From NCBI GenBank assembly GCA_044356455.1, contig JBIKWF010000020.1, forward strand, positions 1-49,716: a stretch of 49,716 bases of DNA, read 5' to 3'. A program made the translations under genes and the position numbers. This DNA is from Bdellovibrionota bacterium (GTDB lineage Bacteria; Bdellovibrionota_C; UBA2361; JBGSMV01). This document shows positions 18,407 through 27,570 of the stretch, one piece after another (the first letter of the stretch is position 1; each line of letters starts with the position of its first letter). The notes under the pieces were generated by a model. It was not told the origin of the DNA and ran no database searches. It worked only from the letters and a program-made list of their open reading frames with translations.

Positions 18407-19522
18407 CTATTCTTCATCACTCCACTCACTCTCCAGAGCTTTGTCCCCTGGAGTCCTAAGGCCAAGTCCAATTGCCACGGCAACAGATGGCCCAACTTCC
18501 GCAAGAAATTCTTTATCAAAGCCTTCCCCGACATCGAGTGCCTTCATAGGGTCTAATACGGCACATGGCAGTCCGGTATGAATCCCAAGGCTTTCAATGA
18601 GCCCAGGTAGGCGCGCCATTCCGCCGGAGATAAAAATCTGCTCGATGCCTTCATCTGCCCCTGACGCATTCCAGAAAAAGCTCAGCTGACGGTTAAACTC
18701 TACCGCAAGTTCCTCTGCAGCGCCCCCGACGAGACTCTCAAGCGCGCGCGCATCAACGCCGTTAGGAAGTCCCTCATAGGGGCTCTTGCGATTCAAAGAT
18801 TTTTTCACCGCCTCGATTTTTTCTGCGGTGAGGGACAGATCATTCTGCAGACCTTCGTCAAGAGACCGACTTCCCGCACTAATATCACCCGTAAACAGCG
18901 ACTCCTTGTTTCTGCAAATGCAAATACTAGAGTGTCGTTGCCCAATATTGATAAGGGCCACGGTCTTCGGGAGGAGTTCTGGGTAATTGAATTCAAAGAC
19001 GTTCTGAAGTGCAAAGTAGTCGACGTCAACAATCGCAGTTTCAAGCCCCGCAAGAGCAATGCTATCTACGAAACTATCAATTACCTCATTCTTCACTGCA
19101 GCGACGAGAACTTCGAGCTGGTTCTTCCCAAAGGCACCCATCACCTGAAAATCGAGCCGCACGGCATCAAGATTATGGGGAATAAACCCTCCCGCCTCGA
19201 GTTGAATATTGGCGGCAAGCTCAGAAGCATTGGAGCGCGGCATCTTGATGCGCTTCGTAAACACACTGGGACCAGGAACCGCCGTCACCACCCGCAAGTC
19301 ATCTATGTTGTTGGCCTCAAGAAGCGAGCCGATTTGTTCCGCGACTATTTCAGGTTTTTGAACGGTATGATTGCTTAGTGCTCCGCTCGGAACTGGCGCG
19401 AGGGCCAGATTTACAAGCTGCGGCCGCTCCCCGCTGAGATCGAGCTCAACGAGCTTTAGCGAACTCGAACCGATATCGATGGCCAGCAACGACTCAGTTT
19501 TTTTGAAAAGATTACCAAACAC
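18407..19522 (-). CDS. pilM: Type IVa pilus assembly protein PilM (actin-like)
   Basis: LAIDIGSSSLKLVEL, VDVDYFALQN, ISGG.A.LPGL, VAIGLGLR. GTG start at 19522 chosen from the GGAG RBS (the ORF track starts at 19552). Confidence 0.95.
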   Translation of the reverse strand: MFGNLFKKTESLLAIDIGSSSLKLVELDLSGERPQLVNLALAPVPSGALSNHTVQKPEIVAEQIGSLLEANNIDDLRVVTAVPGPSVFTKRIKMPRSNASELAANIQLEAGGFIPHNLDAVRLDFQVMGAFGKNQLEVLVAAVKNEVIDSFVDSIALAGLETAIVDVDYFALQNVFEFNYPELLPKTVALINIGQRHSSICICRNKESLFTGDISAGSRSLDEGLQNDLSLTAEKIEAVKKSLNRKSPYEGLPNGVDARALESLVGGAAEELAVEFNRQLSFFWNASGADEGIEQIFISGGMARLPGLIESLGIHTGLPCAVLDPMKALDVGEGFDKEFLAEVGPSVAVAIGLGLRTPGDKALESEWSDEE

Positions 19523-19919
19523 TGCGAACTCGCTCCCTGCGCAAAGGTCCAACTACGATGCGTACTGAATATGATGATCGCGAGGGCAGTTATTTGCAGT
19601 CTTTTCCTTAGACTTTGCGATTACTCCCTCGCTCTTACTTTGTTCCTCCAAGGGCGTAAGCTTGGGGAATAAAGTCTCTCATTTCCTTGCAACCTGTCCT
19701 TAAGCCGCCATTCCCTGAGGAGACTACAGTAAACCTCGGGAAGGGCTGATATGAAAAGATGGTGATCTGAGGCACTTACTTACGGAAACGCGGTTTAATA
19801 TGAACGTGAGATGCCTTGCTGGCTCCGTTCCATAGGAAAACCTGGACCTGCCAACCCGATCCTGCCAAATACCTCGCAATGGGTATATAAAGAACGTGCT
19901 GAACCAAGGTTTAAACCCA

Positions 19920-22148
19920 ATGGCCCTCATAAACGTCGTTATACCTCCCTTGGGCACCCCCTACACCTATCTACTCCCTCCTGCTCTCGAAACACGCGCA
20001 GGTATTGGCTGCGAAGTTGATGTCCCTCTCGGAAATAGAACTGCAGTGGGCTACATCGTAGGCAGTCCGCCCGAGTCCAACGCTGAGCCCACGTTCCAAG
20101 TGAAACCAATCAAGGCACTGCGGAGAGAACACCCTCTTTTTCTTGAGAGCCAGCTCGAATTCTTTCAGTGGGTCGCCGACTACTACGGTGATTCCCTCGG
20201 CAATGTTATCGACTCTGCGATTCCCCCCCCAGTCGCCCAGAAGTACATACGAACTGCCAAGCTCCATTCGCCGACCTCTCCCCACCTGCTAAAGGGCAAG
20301 GTCGAGCAAGCACTGGTCTCCATGCTGTCGCAGCATCCTGAGGGCCTCGACCTCAAGCTCATCCAGCAAAGAATCAAAGGCTCAAGCGCAGTAATAAAGC
20401 GGCTCGCGGAAAAAGGAGTCCTTTCAGTTTCTGAACGCGAGGTTCTCGACCAACACCTGCTGGGTGCCCTCGCACCGGAGTGGGCACTAACTGCGGTTTC
20501 CCTCACTAGTGCACAAGCGGCAGCTCTCGCGCACATCACCAAAGCAAGCGCGGCGCAGACATTTACTCCGGTTCTCCTTCACGGCATTACGGGGAGCGGA
20601 AAAACTGAGGTTTACATTGAAGCGGCAAAGGACGTGCTGGCAGCCGGAAAGGGCGTGCTCGTGATTGTTCCTGAAATCGCCCTCACTCCTCAACTTATCG
20701 ATCGCTTCCGCGCGCGAATCGAAGCACCCGTTGCCATCCTTCATAGCGGCCTACATCCCCGGGTGCGCTGGGACGGCTGGCGCTCGCTGCTCGAGAAGCG
20801 CTCTCGCATTGGCATTGGTGCGCGCTCCGCAATCTTCGCGCCGATTGAAAATCTTGGCCTCATCATCGTCGACGAGGAGCATGACAGCTCATACAAGCAG
20901 CAGGAAGGACTGCGCTATAACGCGAGAGATCTCGCACTCGTGCGCGGAAAACTTGACCTCTGCCCGGTGGTGCTAGGTTCCGCAACCCCTTCGCTTGAAT
21001 CGTTTCATGCCGCGGTCTCAAAACGCTATGACTATGTGCAGCTCCCCACGCGCCCCGGCGCGTCAAAGCCACCGCACGTCGAAATAATTGATCTCAATAA
21101 GATCAAGCCCTGGGAAATGAAGTCACGCAGCGTGTCTCCGGAACTTCACGCAGCACTTCAAAGAACAATTCAAGATGGCAATCAATCCTTCATACTTTAT
21201 AACCGCCGAGGTTTTGCAAGCTATTTGCAGTGCGAGCGCTGTGAGTTTGTGGTGCAATGTCCCAATTGCAGTGTCACGTTAACGCTTCACAAGAACGACA
21301 ATGCTCTCGTTTGTCATTATTGCGGACTTAGCTCTTTTCCTCCGAAGCATTGTCCGACCTGCGCCATGCCCAACGAAAAACGGCCCGCCGCCCTCATCGA
21401 TCTTGTCCTTAGAGGCTCGGGCACGGAGCGGGTGTTTGAGGAACTTCAAGAACTTTTCCCAGACGTAGCGATGGACCGGCTAGATCGTGATGCAGTGAGT
21501 GATGGCGAACAATACGCCCGCATTTTGGGGCGCGTTCGAAGTGGAGAAACAAAGATCTTAGTAGGTACTCAGATGATCGCCAAAGGGCACGATCTCCCTG
21601 GGGTCACCTTAGTGGGAGTCGTTGATTGCGATGTGGGGCTCCACATGCCTGACTTTCGCGCAGGAGAACGGGTCTTTCAGCTCCTCACGCAAGCCGGAGG
21701 GCGCGCAGGTCGTGCAGAAAAGCCAGGGAGAGTACTCTTACAAACGCGAGTCCCGAAACATCCGAGCCTTGTCTTCACTGAAGCTCACCACTTCGTCGGG
21801 TATGCAGAGCATGAGCTCAAGATACGTGAGATGCTGCAGTATCCGCCTTATGCCCGCATGCTCAGAATTATCGTCAGTAGCAGCGAGAGAGCTGCCGGCG
21901 GAGAGGTCTTAGACCAGTTCGTAAGAGAAGTTGACGATCTTCGCCAAAAAGAGGCGGTGCACTGCGTGGTGTTAGGTCCAACTCCCGCGCCCATAGAAAA
22001 AATAAAAACCCTCTGGCGCTGGCATGTCCTCGTAAAGAGCAAGAGCTCCGTGCAACTGAACCGCTTGATACGACTCTTTCAGCACGAGAAGACGCGTAAC
22101 AAGAAAGTGCGCATCATTTTTGATATGGATCCGCAGGATATGCTCTAG
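19920..22148 (+). CDS. priA: Primosomal protein N' (replication restart helicase)
   Basis: LHGITGSGKTEVY, VPEIALTPQ, DEEHD.SYKQ, LGSATPSLES, four CxxC pairs, GTQMIAKGHD, Q.GGRAGR. Confidence 0.97.
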   Translation: MALINVVIPPLGTPYTYLLPPALETRAGIGCEVDVPLGNRTAVGYIVGSPPESNAEPTFQVKPIKALRREHPLFLESQLEFFQWVADYYGDSLGNVIDSAIPPPVAQKYIRTAKLHSPTSPHLLKGKVEQALVSMLSQHPEGLDLKLIQQRIKGSSAVIKRLAEKGVLSVSEREVLDQHLLGALAPEWALTAVSLTSAQAAALAHITKASAAQTFTPVLLHGITGSGKTEVYIEAAKDVLAAGKGVLVIVPEIALTPQLIDRFRARIEAPVAILHSGLHPRVRWDGWRSLLEKRSRIGIGARSAIFAPIENLGLIIVDEEHDSSYKQQEGLRYNARDLALVRGKLDLCPVVLGSATPSLESFHAAVSKRYDYVQLPTRPGASKPPHVEIIDLNKIKPWEMKSRSVSPELHAALQRTIQDGNQSFILYNRRGFASYLQCERCEFVVQCPNCSVTLTLHKNDNALVCHYCGLSSFPPKHCPTCAMPNEKRPAALIDLVLRGSGTERVFEELQELFPDVAMDRLDRDAVSDGEQYARILGRVRSGETKILVGTQMIAKGHDLPGVTLVGVVDCDVGLHMPDFRAGERVFQLLTQAGGRAGRAEKPGRVLLQTRVPKHPSLVFTEAHHFVGYAEHELKIREMLQYPPYARMLRIIVSSSERAAGGEVLDQFVREVDDLRQKEAVHCVVLGPTPAPIEKIKTLWRWHVLVKSKSSVQLNRLIRLFQHEKTRNKKVRIIFDMDPQDML

Positions 22149-23629
22149 GCTTTGGTGCGGGAGAATTTCGTTTGAAACTCGGCCTCCATTAAAGCCGGAA
22201 GCCCTCCAAAGGCGCCGTTTGACATAAGGAGGACCACATCCCCCTTCTGAACTTCTTTCGACAACAGTTCCCCCACCTCAGGCGCAGTCCCCAAGGCCTC
22301 TGCTGATTTCCCGCGGCCTCTGATTCCCTGCACCAATTCCTCTACTGAAAGGAGCTCTTGACCACTATCCTGACTCCTCGCGGTAACGGCACAAAGCACT
22401 ACGCGATCCGCAGCATCAAAGGCCTGCTCATAGTCAGCCTGAAAGACTTTGCGACGACTTGTATTGGAGCGAGGCTCAAAAACGGCCCAAAGCCGTCGCC
22501 CCGGAAACCTCGCGCGTATTCCTTGAATAGTTTCCCTGACTGCCGTGGGATGATGCGCAAAGTCTTCTATCAAAGTCACCGCCCCGTCGAACCGAATCTC
22601 CTGCCGCCGCCGCACTCCTTTAAATTCGCCCAGATATTTTGCGGCTGTCTCCACAGAGTACCCGAGCTGCTCAAAAGCGGCGAAGAGCGCTGCTGCATTC
22701 CTTGCATTGTAGAGACCTGGGATGCCGAGCTCCGCTGAAAGGTCCTGGCCGCTGACCATTCGCAGTGTGATTAATTGCCGCGAGCCGCTTTGCTCTACTC
22801 GCAAAAGGCGCACCATCGCGTCAGCTGAAGTTCCATAGGTAATCATGCGGGGCGCATCTGTCTTCCCTTTCCAACGTTCAAGAAGCCTTCTCGCACCAGG
22901 ATCATCGATGCAGCATATCGCCACGCCGCTCTCTCCAATAATGCCCATAAGCCCATCGAACTCGCGGTCAATGCTCTCTAGATTGGGATAGATATCCGCG
23001 TGGTCAAATTCGATAGAAGTTACGATCGCCGTTGCTGGCCCATAAAACCGGAATTTAGGAACCTTCGCAAAAAAAGCGCTATCGTATTCATCCCCCTCAA
23101 CGATACTCACCTTCCCCGCCCCTCGGCACAGGGTCTCAGGAAGATCAGGAGACGCGCCCCCGACAAAATACGAGGGCGAGAGCCCCATACGCGAGAGAAG
23201 GAAGGCCCCAAGTGCCGTGGTTGTCGTTTTGCCGTGGGTTCCTGTAATTGCAATCGAATGCCGCTCCCCGATACAAAGTTCATGGAGCAATTGGGGGAAT
23301 ATGGAGTACGGCAGTTTGCGACGTCTTGCTTCTTCAACCTCCGGATGATCGCGGCTCACCGCATTTCCAATCACCACAAGGTGCAGTTCAGGGCCAAGAT
23401 TTTCCGCACGATAGCCCTGATGAAGTTCAACGGAGGAAGCACGCAAGAGCCCCCCCATGGGCTCGTAAAACTCTTTGTCGCTCCCCGACACTCGGTACCC
23501 AAGGCTCGCAAGCAGCATCGCCATCTGCGCCATTGCGACGCCACATACACCAATGACATGGATACGCCCACCAGGCGGAACCTCACGAAGGGGGGTAATA
23601 AGCGAAGTGGAAAAATATTCAGCGGACAT
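22145..23629 (-). CDS. mpl: Murein peptide ligase Mpl (MurC family)
   Basis: IHVIGVCGVAM, GTHGKTTT, EGDEYDSAFFAKVPKF, EFDHADIY, DFAHHPTAV, FEPRSNTSRR, MSNGAFGG. Confidence 0.9.
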   Translation of the reverse strand: MSAEYFSTSLITPLREVPPGGRIHVIGVCGVAMAQMAMLLASLGYRVSGSDKEFYEPMGGLLRASSVELHQGYRAENLGPELHLVVIGNAVSRDHPEVEEARRRKLPYSIFPQLLHELCIGERHSIAITGTHGKTTTTALGAFLLSRMGLSPSYFVGGASPDLPETLCRGAGKVSIVEGDEYDSAFFAKVPKFRFYGPATAIVTSIEFDHADIYPNLESIDREFDGLMGIIGESGVAICCIDDPGARRLLERWKGKTDAPRMITYGTSADAMVRLLRVEQSGSRQLITLRMVSGQDLSAELGIPGLYNARNAAALFAAFEQLGYSVETAAKYLGEFKGVRRRQEIRFDGAVTLIEDFAHHPTAVRETIQGIRARFPGRRLWAVFEPRSNTSRRKVFQADYEQAFDAADRVVLCAVTARSQDSGQELLSVEELVQGIRGRGKSAEALGTAPEVGELLSKEVQKGDVVLLMSNGAFGGLPALMEAEFQTKFSRTKA

Positions 23630-23696
23630 GAAAAATTACTTACAATAGGCGCAAATTCATCTTGCAGACACTGTCCGAGGCTGTGTCAGCTCCGAC

Positions 23697-23773
23697 TTTA
23701 ACGCGAAGGACGCGAGGGGCACGAAGGTATTGAGTCCTCTCCCCTTTGTGTCCATCGCGTCCTTCGCGTTAAA
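23697..23773. repeat. Palindromic intergenic element built from the AAGGACGCG/CCTTCGCGT 9-mer
   Basis: Perfect 19-bp inverted arms TTTAACGCGAAGGACGCGA / TCGCGTCCTTCGCGTTAAA, with further degenerate 9-bp units inside. Confidence 0.85.
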
Positions 23774-23833
23774 ACTTTCGCTTTCGAAACGCCCCCTACC
23801 TTGACTCGAAGATCAAATCCAGATTTTTACAAA

Positions 23834-24499
23834 CTACCCGCCCGCTTCAGAGAACTTCTCAAAGAGCTGTGCGTACTCGATGTCGAGCGCATCATAACGC
23901 TTCTTAAGTATGAAATACTGATCATTGCCCTGTTCGATCTGCTGCAAGAGGGTATCAATTTTTTGCTCAGTCTGGATTATCTGAGCTTTCATGTTTTGCA
24001 CTTGTTCTGTTTGCTGAGCAGAGAGTTCTATCTTACTGAGAATCTCATCCATCTGAGAGACAGAACTGTTAATCTGCGCTTTGAGAGCATCGTTCTTTCC
24101 CGAGAGCTCTTTCTGCTTCTTTTGAAGGATATTGAGTTCTTCTTTCGTCTCAACACCGCTCGCTTCAAGCTCGCGTTCAATCTCCTCGAGCTCTCGAAGT
24201 CGGCCTTCTACCGTTTCCCGCTCTGCTTGGGTAATCGTAATGCGCCCGCGTTCGGTCTTGAGAGACTCCTTTGCAATTCGTAGCTCATGCACCTTGGCCT
24301 TGAGGTCTGAGAGAGGAATCATCTCAGCAGAGACAGACTTCACTTTTTCAAGAAGCGCTTCGCGCTGGGCAGCTTGCTCTGCAACCCCGGCCACAAGGTT
24401 AAGAACCGCGCCCTTCTGTTTTGAGAGCAGGACGTGCATGAGCCCTATGGCGACACCCACCTCAACCAACGCAACAATGCTGAAGACTACTACTTCCAT
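23834..24499 (-). CDS. Membrane-anchored coiled-coil protein
   Basis: N-terminal TM helix followed by about 190 aa of heptad-rich E/K/Q sequence; starts 3 nt after the vWA gene stop. Confidence 0.8.
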   Translation of the reverse strand: MEVVVFSIVALVEVGVAIGLMHVLLSKQKGAVLNLVAGVAEQAAQREALLEKVKSVSAEMIPLSDLKAKVHELRIAKESLKTERGRITITQAERETVEGRLRELEEIERELEASGVETKEELNILQKKQKELSGKNDALKAQINSSVSQMDEILSKIELSAQQTEQVQNMKAQIIQTEQKIDTLLQQIEQGNDQYFILKKRYDALDIEYAQLFEKFSEAGG

Positions 24500-24502
24500 A
24501 CG

Positions 24503-26614
24503 CTACGCTGCAGCCTGAGGCTCCTCTTCAAACATAGGATCGTTAAGATCAACTTCACTCTGCGCACTTCTCTCTTCAAGCTCCTGCACCCCAGCCAGTA
24601 TTTCAGGCGGAATTGGCGTTTCTTTTATTTCAACACTCGCGCCCCCTGAAGACCGCTTCACGAGCACAACCGCAGCCCCACCTCCGCCTGCAATGAGGAG
24701 GGCCATTACAATAAGCCCGACTATCGGAAAGCCCTCAACTTCCGGCACCTTCGGCGCTTGAACGACATGTACCTCTTGTGCGGTACGCCCAGAGGAAACT
24801 CGCTTGAAGCTAAGCACCTTGCTCGTTTGATGAACTGATGCCTTCCCTTTTCCCTCTCCCGAAAGGGTAGCACGAAGCTCGTAGCGCCCATCTTGCGGAA
24901 GCAGACTGGAGGAAGCTTCAAAATACCTTCCGCTTTCACCTGCCTTTTCAACGGGAAGGATGAGCTTCGTTCTATGCTCATCGATGGCGGAGAGTTCTAC
25001 TTTAACTTGCTTGAGGCTTTTCGCCTCATCTCCAAGTTCAATAACAAAAACCGTAGACTCGTCTCCGGAGACCACGCCATCCTTGTCCTTTTGAGCTGCC
25101 CCTCTGGGGGCATGCGGCTCAGGCGAGGCCCCATGGCCACCTGCTTGAGAATGACCTTCATTTCCGTGCGCATCGCCATGAGAATCGCCATGGCCTTCCG
25201 CAGGCGGCGCTTCCGCACCGTGCGCACTTTCGCCGTGAGCACTTTCTGCATGGCTCCCTTCGCCCACCTCAGCTGTCAGAGTAATGAGGGGCGCTTTCAC
25301 GCGAAAGGGAATCTGTAGCTGCCGCTCGAAGGTAGGCGCCTTCGCAATGATTCGAAGCACATATTCGCCAGGCTCATCCACCGAAATGGTGTGCGAGAAA
25401 ATGCCATCTCCTTCAATTTTGTCGCCCTGCCTTCCGTCATCCACCAGGAAATCACGCACAATCGGAGCAGATACTTTGTCAGTCGGAGTGATCTGATACG
25501 CGTACTTAATGAGACCTGTCATTTCTGGAAGCGATACAGGCTTTTCAGCTTCATACATGCGCGCTTGCAGCATCTCCGGCGCTCCAGCATCTATGGGCGC
25601 ACCCCAATCAGTCACAAGTTTGAGATTGGTAAGAATCGTGGCGAAGCCATCATCAGGCGAAACACCCGCGATACGCCACAAACCGACATCGGGTTTTTCA
25701 ATCGTGATCACCTCGAACTTGGGACTTTTAAACCACTTTACATTCTTAGGGTAATCCGCCGAGTTAAATACATGTCCATTAGGATGCTGAACCTGAATGT
25801 CTTGATCTCCCGCCCGGTTAATATAGAAGGTTGCTTCCGAAACGTTCTCATCAATGGAAAAACCCTTATCGCTAAGCGGAATAACTTGGGGTTTTTTCAC
25901 GGCCAAAAAAAGTTGGGCGTAGGACTCATGGACTTGATCTGCGCTTTCCGTAAACCATTGTACGGCATCAGTTCCCGCTGCAATCTGCTGCAGAAGTTCC
26001 TTATCAGCGTCCTTGCTGAATGCGAGGGTGTAGACTCGCCTCCCCTGGCTTTTCATCTCGGGAAGTACTTCCTCAAGCAACGTATCAGTTCTTATGCTCG
26101 CGGTTCCCCTTTGAGGCGGGGGCTCCATCTTGCCATCGGAGAGCAGCACCACGACCGGCTTCGCCTCGGCTCTACCGGCCTCATTGAGCAGCGCCTGCGC
26201 CTTCTGAATTCCCTCCAGAAGATCGGTATACTGGCCTTCGGTACGAATACCTGAGATCTGTCGAGCCACCTCTTCTAACTGTTCTGGATCATAGGGAGTG
26301 AGTGGCCGAACGACTTTCGCCCCCTCAGAAAAATCAACAATTGCAAGCGAGTCCCCCGCTTTAAGAAACTGCGCAAAGAGCCGCGCGCCTTCGTCGCGAA
26401 GCCTCTGGGGGTCGTTTATGAGCATGCTTCCTGAGCTATCAAGCAGCAAAATGGCATCAACCTTCTCTGATTTTTCCCCAGCAATCTCACGCTGCTGAGC
26501 GAAAACAAGGCCTCCGCCAAGGACGAAGGAGACAAGCGAGCACACGAGCAGAGCCACGCGAATGAGCGTGCGCTCGGAAGCAGCGCGGGCAAGTGCAATC
26601 AAAAACCGTTCCAT
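24503..26614 (-). CDS. Exported vWA-domain protein with His-rich insert and C-terminal TM anchor
   Basis: Signal peptide, MIDAS DSSGS...T...LLSDG, a DDG..GD....DGIFS motif, a His/Gly-rich loop, and a C-terminal TM (IVGLIVMALLIAGGGGAAVVLV). Confidence 0.85.
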   Translation of the reverse strand: MERFLIALARAASERTLIRVALLVCSLVSFVLGGGLVFAQQREIAGEKSEKVDAILLLDSSGSMLINDPQRLRDEGARLFAQFLKAGDSLAIVDFSEGAKVVRPLTPYDPEQLEEVARQISGIRTEGQYTDLLEGIQKAQALLNEAGRAEAKPVVVLLSDGKMEPPPQRGTASIRTDTLLEEVLPEMKSQGRRVYTLAFSKDADKELLQQIAAGTDAVQWFTESADQVHESYAQLFLAVKKPQVIPLSDKGFSIDENVSEATFYINRAGDQDIQVQHPNGHVFNSADYPKNVKWFKSPKFEVITIEKPDVGLWRIAGVSPDDGFATILTNLKLVTDWGAPIDAGAPEMLQARMYEAEKPVSLPEMTGLIKYAYQITPTDKVSAPIVRDFLVDDGRQGDKIEGDGIFSHTISVDEPGEYVLRIIAKAPTFERQLQIPFRVKAPLITLTAEVGEGSHAESAHGESAHGAEAPPAEGHGDSHGDAHGNEGHSQAGGHGASPEPHAPRGAAQKDKDGVVSGDESTVFVIELGDEAKSLKQVKVELSAIDEHRTKLILPVEKAGESGRYFEASSSLLPQDGRYELRATLSGEGKGKASVHQTSKVLSFKRVSSGRTAQEVHVVQAPKVPEVEGFPIVGLIVMALLIAGGGGAAVVLVKRSSGGASVEIKETPIPPEILAGVQELEERSAQSEVDLNDPMFEEEPQAAA

Positions 26615-26677
26615 AACTATCCGATATTACCCACTCTCTCTCTCCGCGCACACCTGGTAAAATGTAAAATATCTACT

Positions 26678-27247
26678 ATGAATCGCTTTAAAACGGCACT
26701 TCAGCTTTTTACCATTTGCCTTAGCCTTTTGACCTTCACCTGCGAAGCCTTAGCCAAAGATCCGCCCTTTGAGCTCCCGGAGGCGGGAGGGCTTAGGAAG
26801 CTCCGCAGCGCGTTGATCTCAACAAGCCGGGGAGACCTTTGTTTTGAACTCTATCCCGAGGATGCCCCTTGGCATGTCGCAAACTTTAAATATCTGGCCG
26901 ACAAAGGTTTCTACACGGGGCTTCGCTTCCATTTCTTCTATGAGGGCTACATCCTCCAAGCGGGAGCTCCAACCAACGACCCCGACAGTGGACCAGGATA
27001 CTCGCTGCCCGCTGAATTTAGCAGCAGGTCGCACCGGCTTGGCTCACTGGGGATGGCCCGCGTAAAGGATGCCGGGAACCCTGGCCGTCAGTCGCATGGG
27101 AGTCAGTTCCACCTCCTCCTTAAGGACGCCCCTCATATGGATGGGCGCTACACGGTATTTGGTCAGCTTGTAAAAGGGGAAGAGGTGCTCAGGCAACTCA
27201 AGCAATGGGATCGAATTAGGGAGATTAAGGTCTTTGTACGCCAGTAG
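26678..27247 (+). CDS. Exported cyclophilin-type peptidyl-prolyl isomerase (atypical active site)
   Basis: TSRGD..FELYPEDAP.HVANF..LA..GFY.GL.FH, GPGY, G.LGMAR, GSQF, DGRYTVFGQ; N-terminal signal peptide. Confidence 0.9.
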   Translation: MNRFKTALQLFTICLSLLTFTCEALAKDPPFELPEAGGLRKLRSALISTSRGDLCFELYPEDAPWHVANFKYLADKGFYTGLRFHFFYEGYILQAGAPTNDPDSGPGYSLPAEFSSRSHRLGSLGMARVKDAGNPGRQSHGSQFHLLLKDAPHMDGRYTVFGQLVKGEEVLRQLKQWDRIREIKVFVRQ

Positions 27248-27248
27248 T

Positions 27249-27339
27249 CCTGTGGTTGATTTAAAATAATGAAAAACCACAGAGAACACAGAAATCACGG
27301 AGAGAAAAAAATAAAAATTCGAGGTTTTTCTGAGGTTCC
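27249..27339. repeat. MITE-like intergenic element (9-bp periodic core plus one terminal repeat)
   Basis: CTGTGGTT...AACCACAGAGAACACAGAAATCACGGAG core, ending GAGGTTTTTCTGAGGTTCC (the family TIR). Confidence 0.7.
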
Positions 27340-27465
27340 CCTTCGCGCCCCCGTCTCCGCCAAAGCTGCGCCGAGGCCGCACTGAAGTCGGGCTCGCCGC
27401 AGCCTAGGGGCGTAGTCGACTTCGCGCTAAACCCAAACATTGCAGGTGAGCTATATTCTGGGAAA

Positions 27466-27570
27466 TAACGCGAAGGACACGAAGGTCGCGAAGACATTCG
27501 AATAGTTATCTTCGCGTCCTTCGCGTTAAAATTGCCTTACAATTTTTAAGAGAATTTGCGACTCACCACT
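27466..27570. repeat. Palindromic 9-mer element with a ~60-bp tail shared with 48088-48147
   Basis: TAACGCGAAGGACACGAAGGTCGCGAAG...CTTCGCGTCCTTCGCGTTA, then AAATTGCCTTACAATTTTTAAGAGAATTTGCGACTCACCAC, abutting the PBP1A stop codon. Confidence 0.85.
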
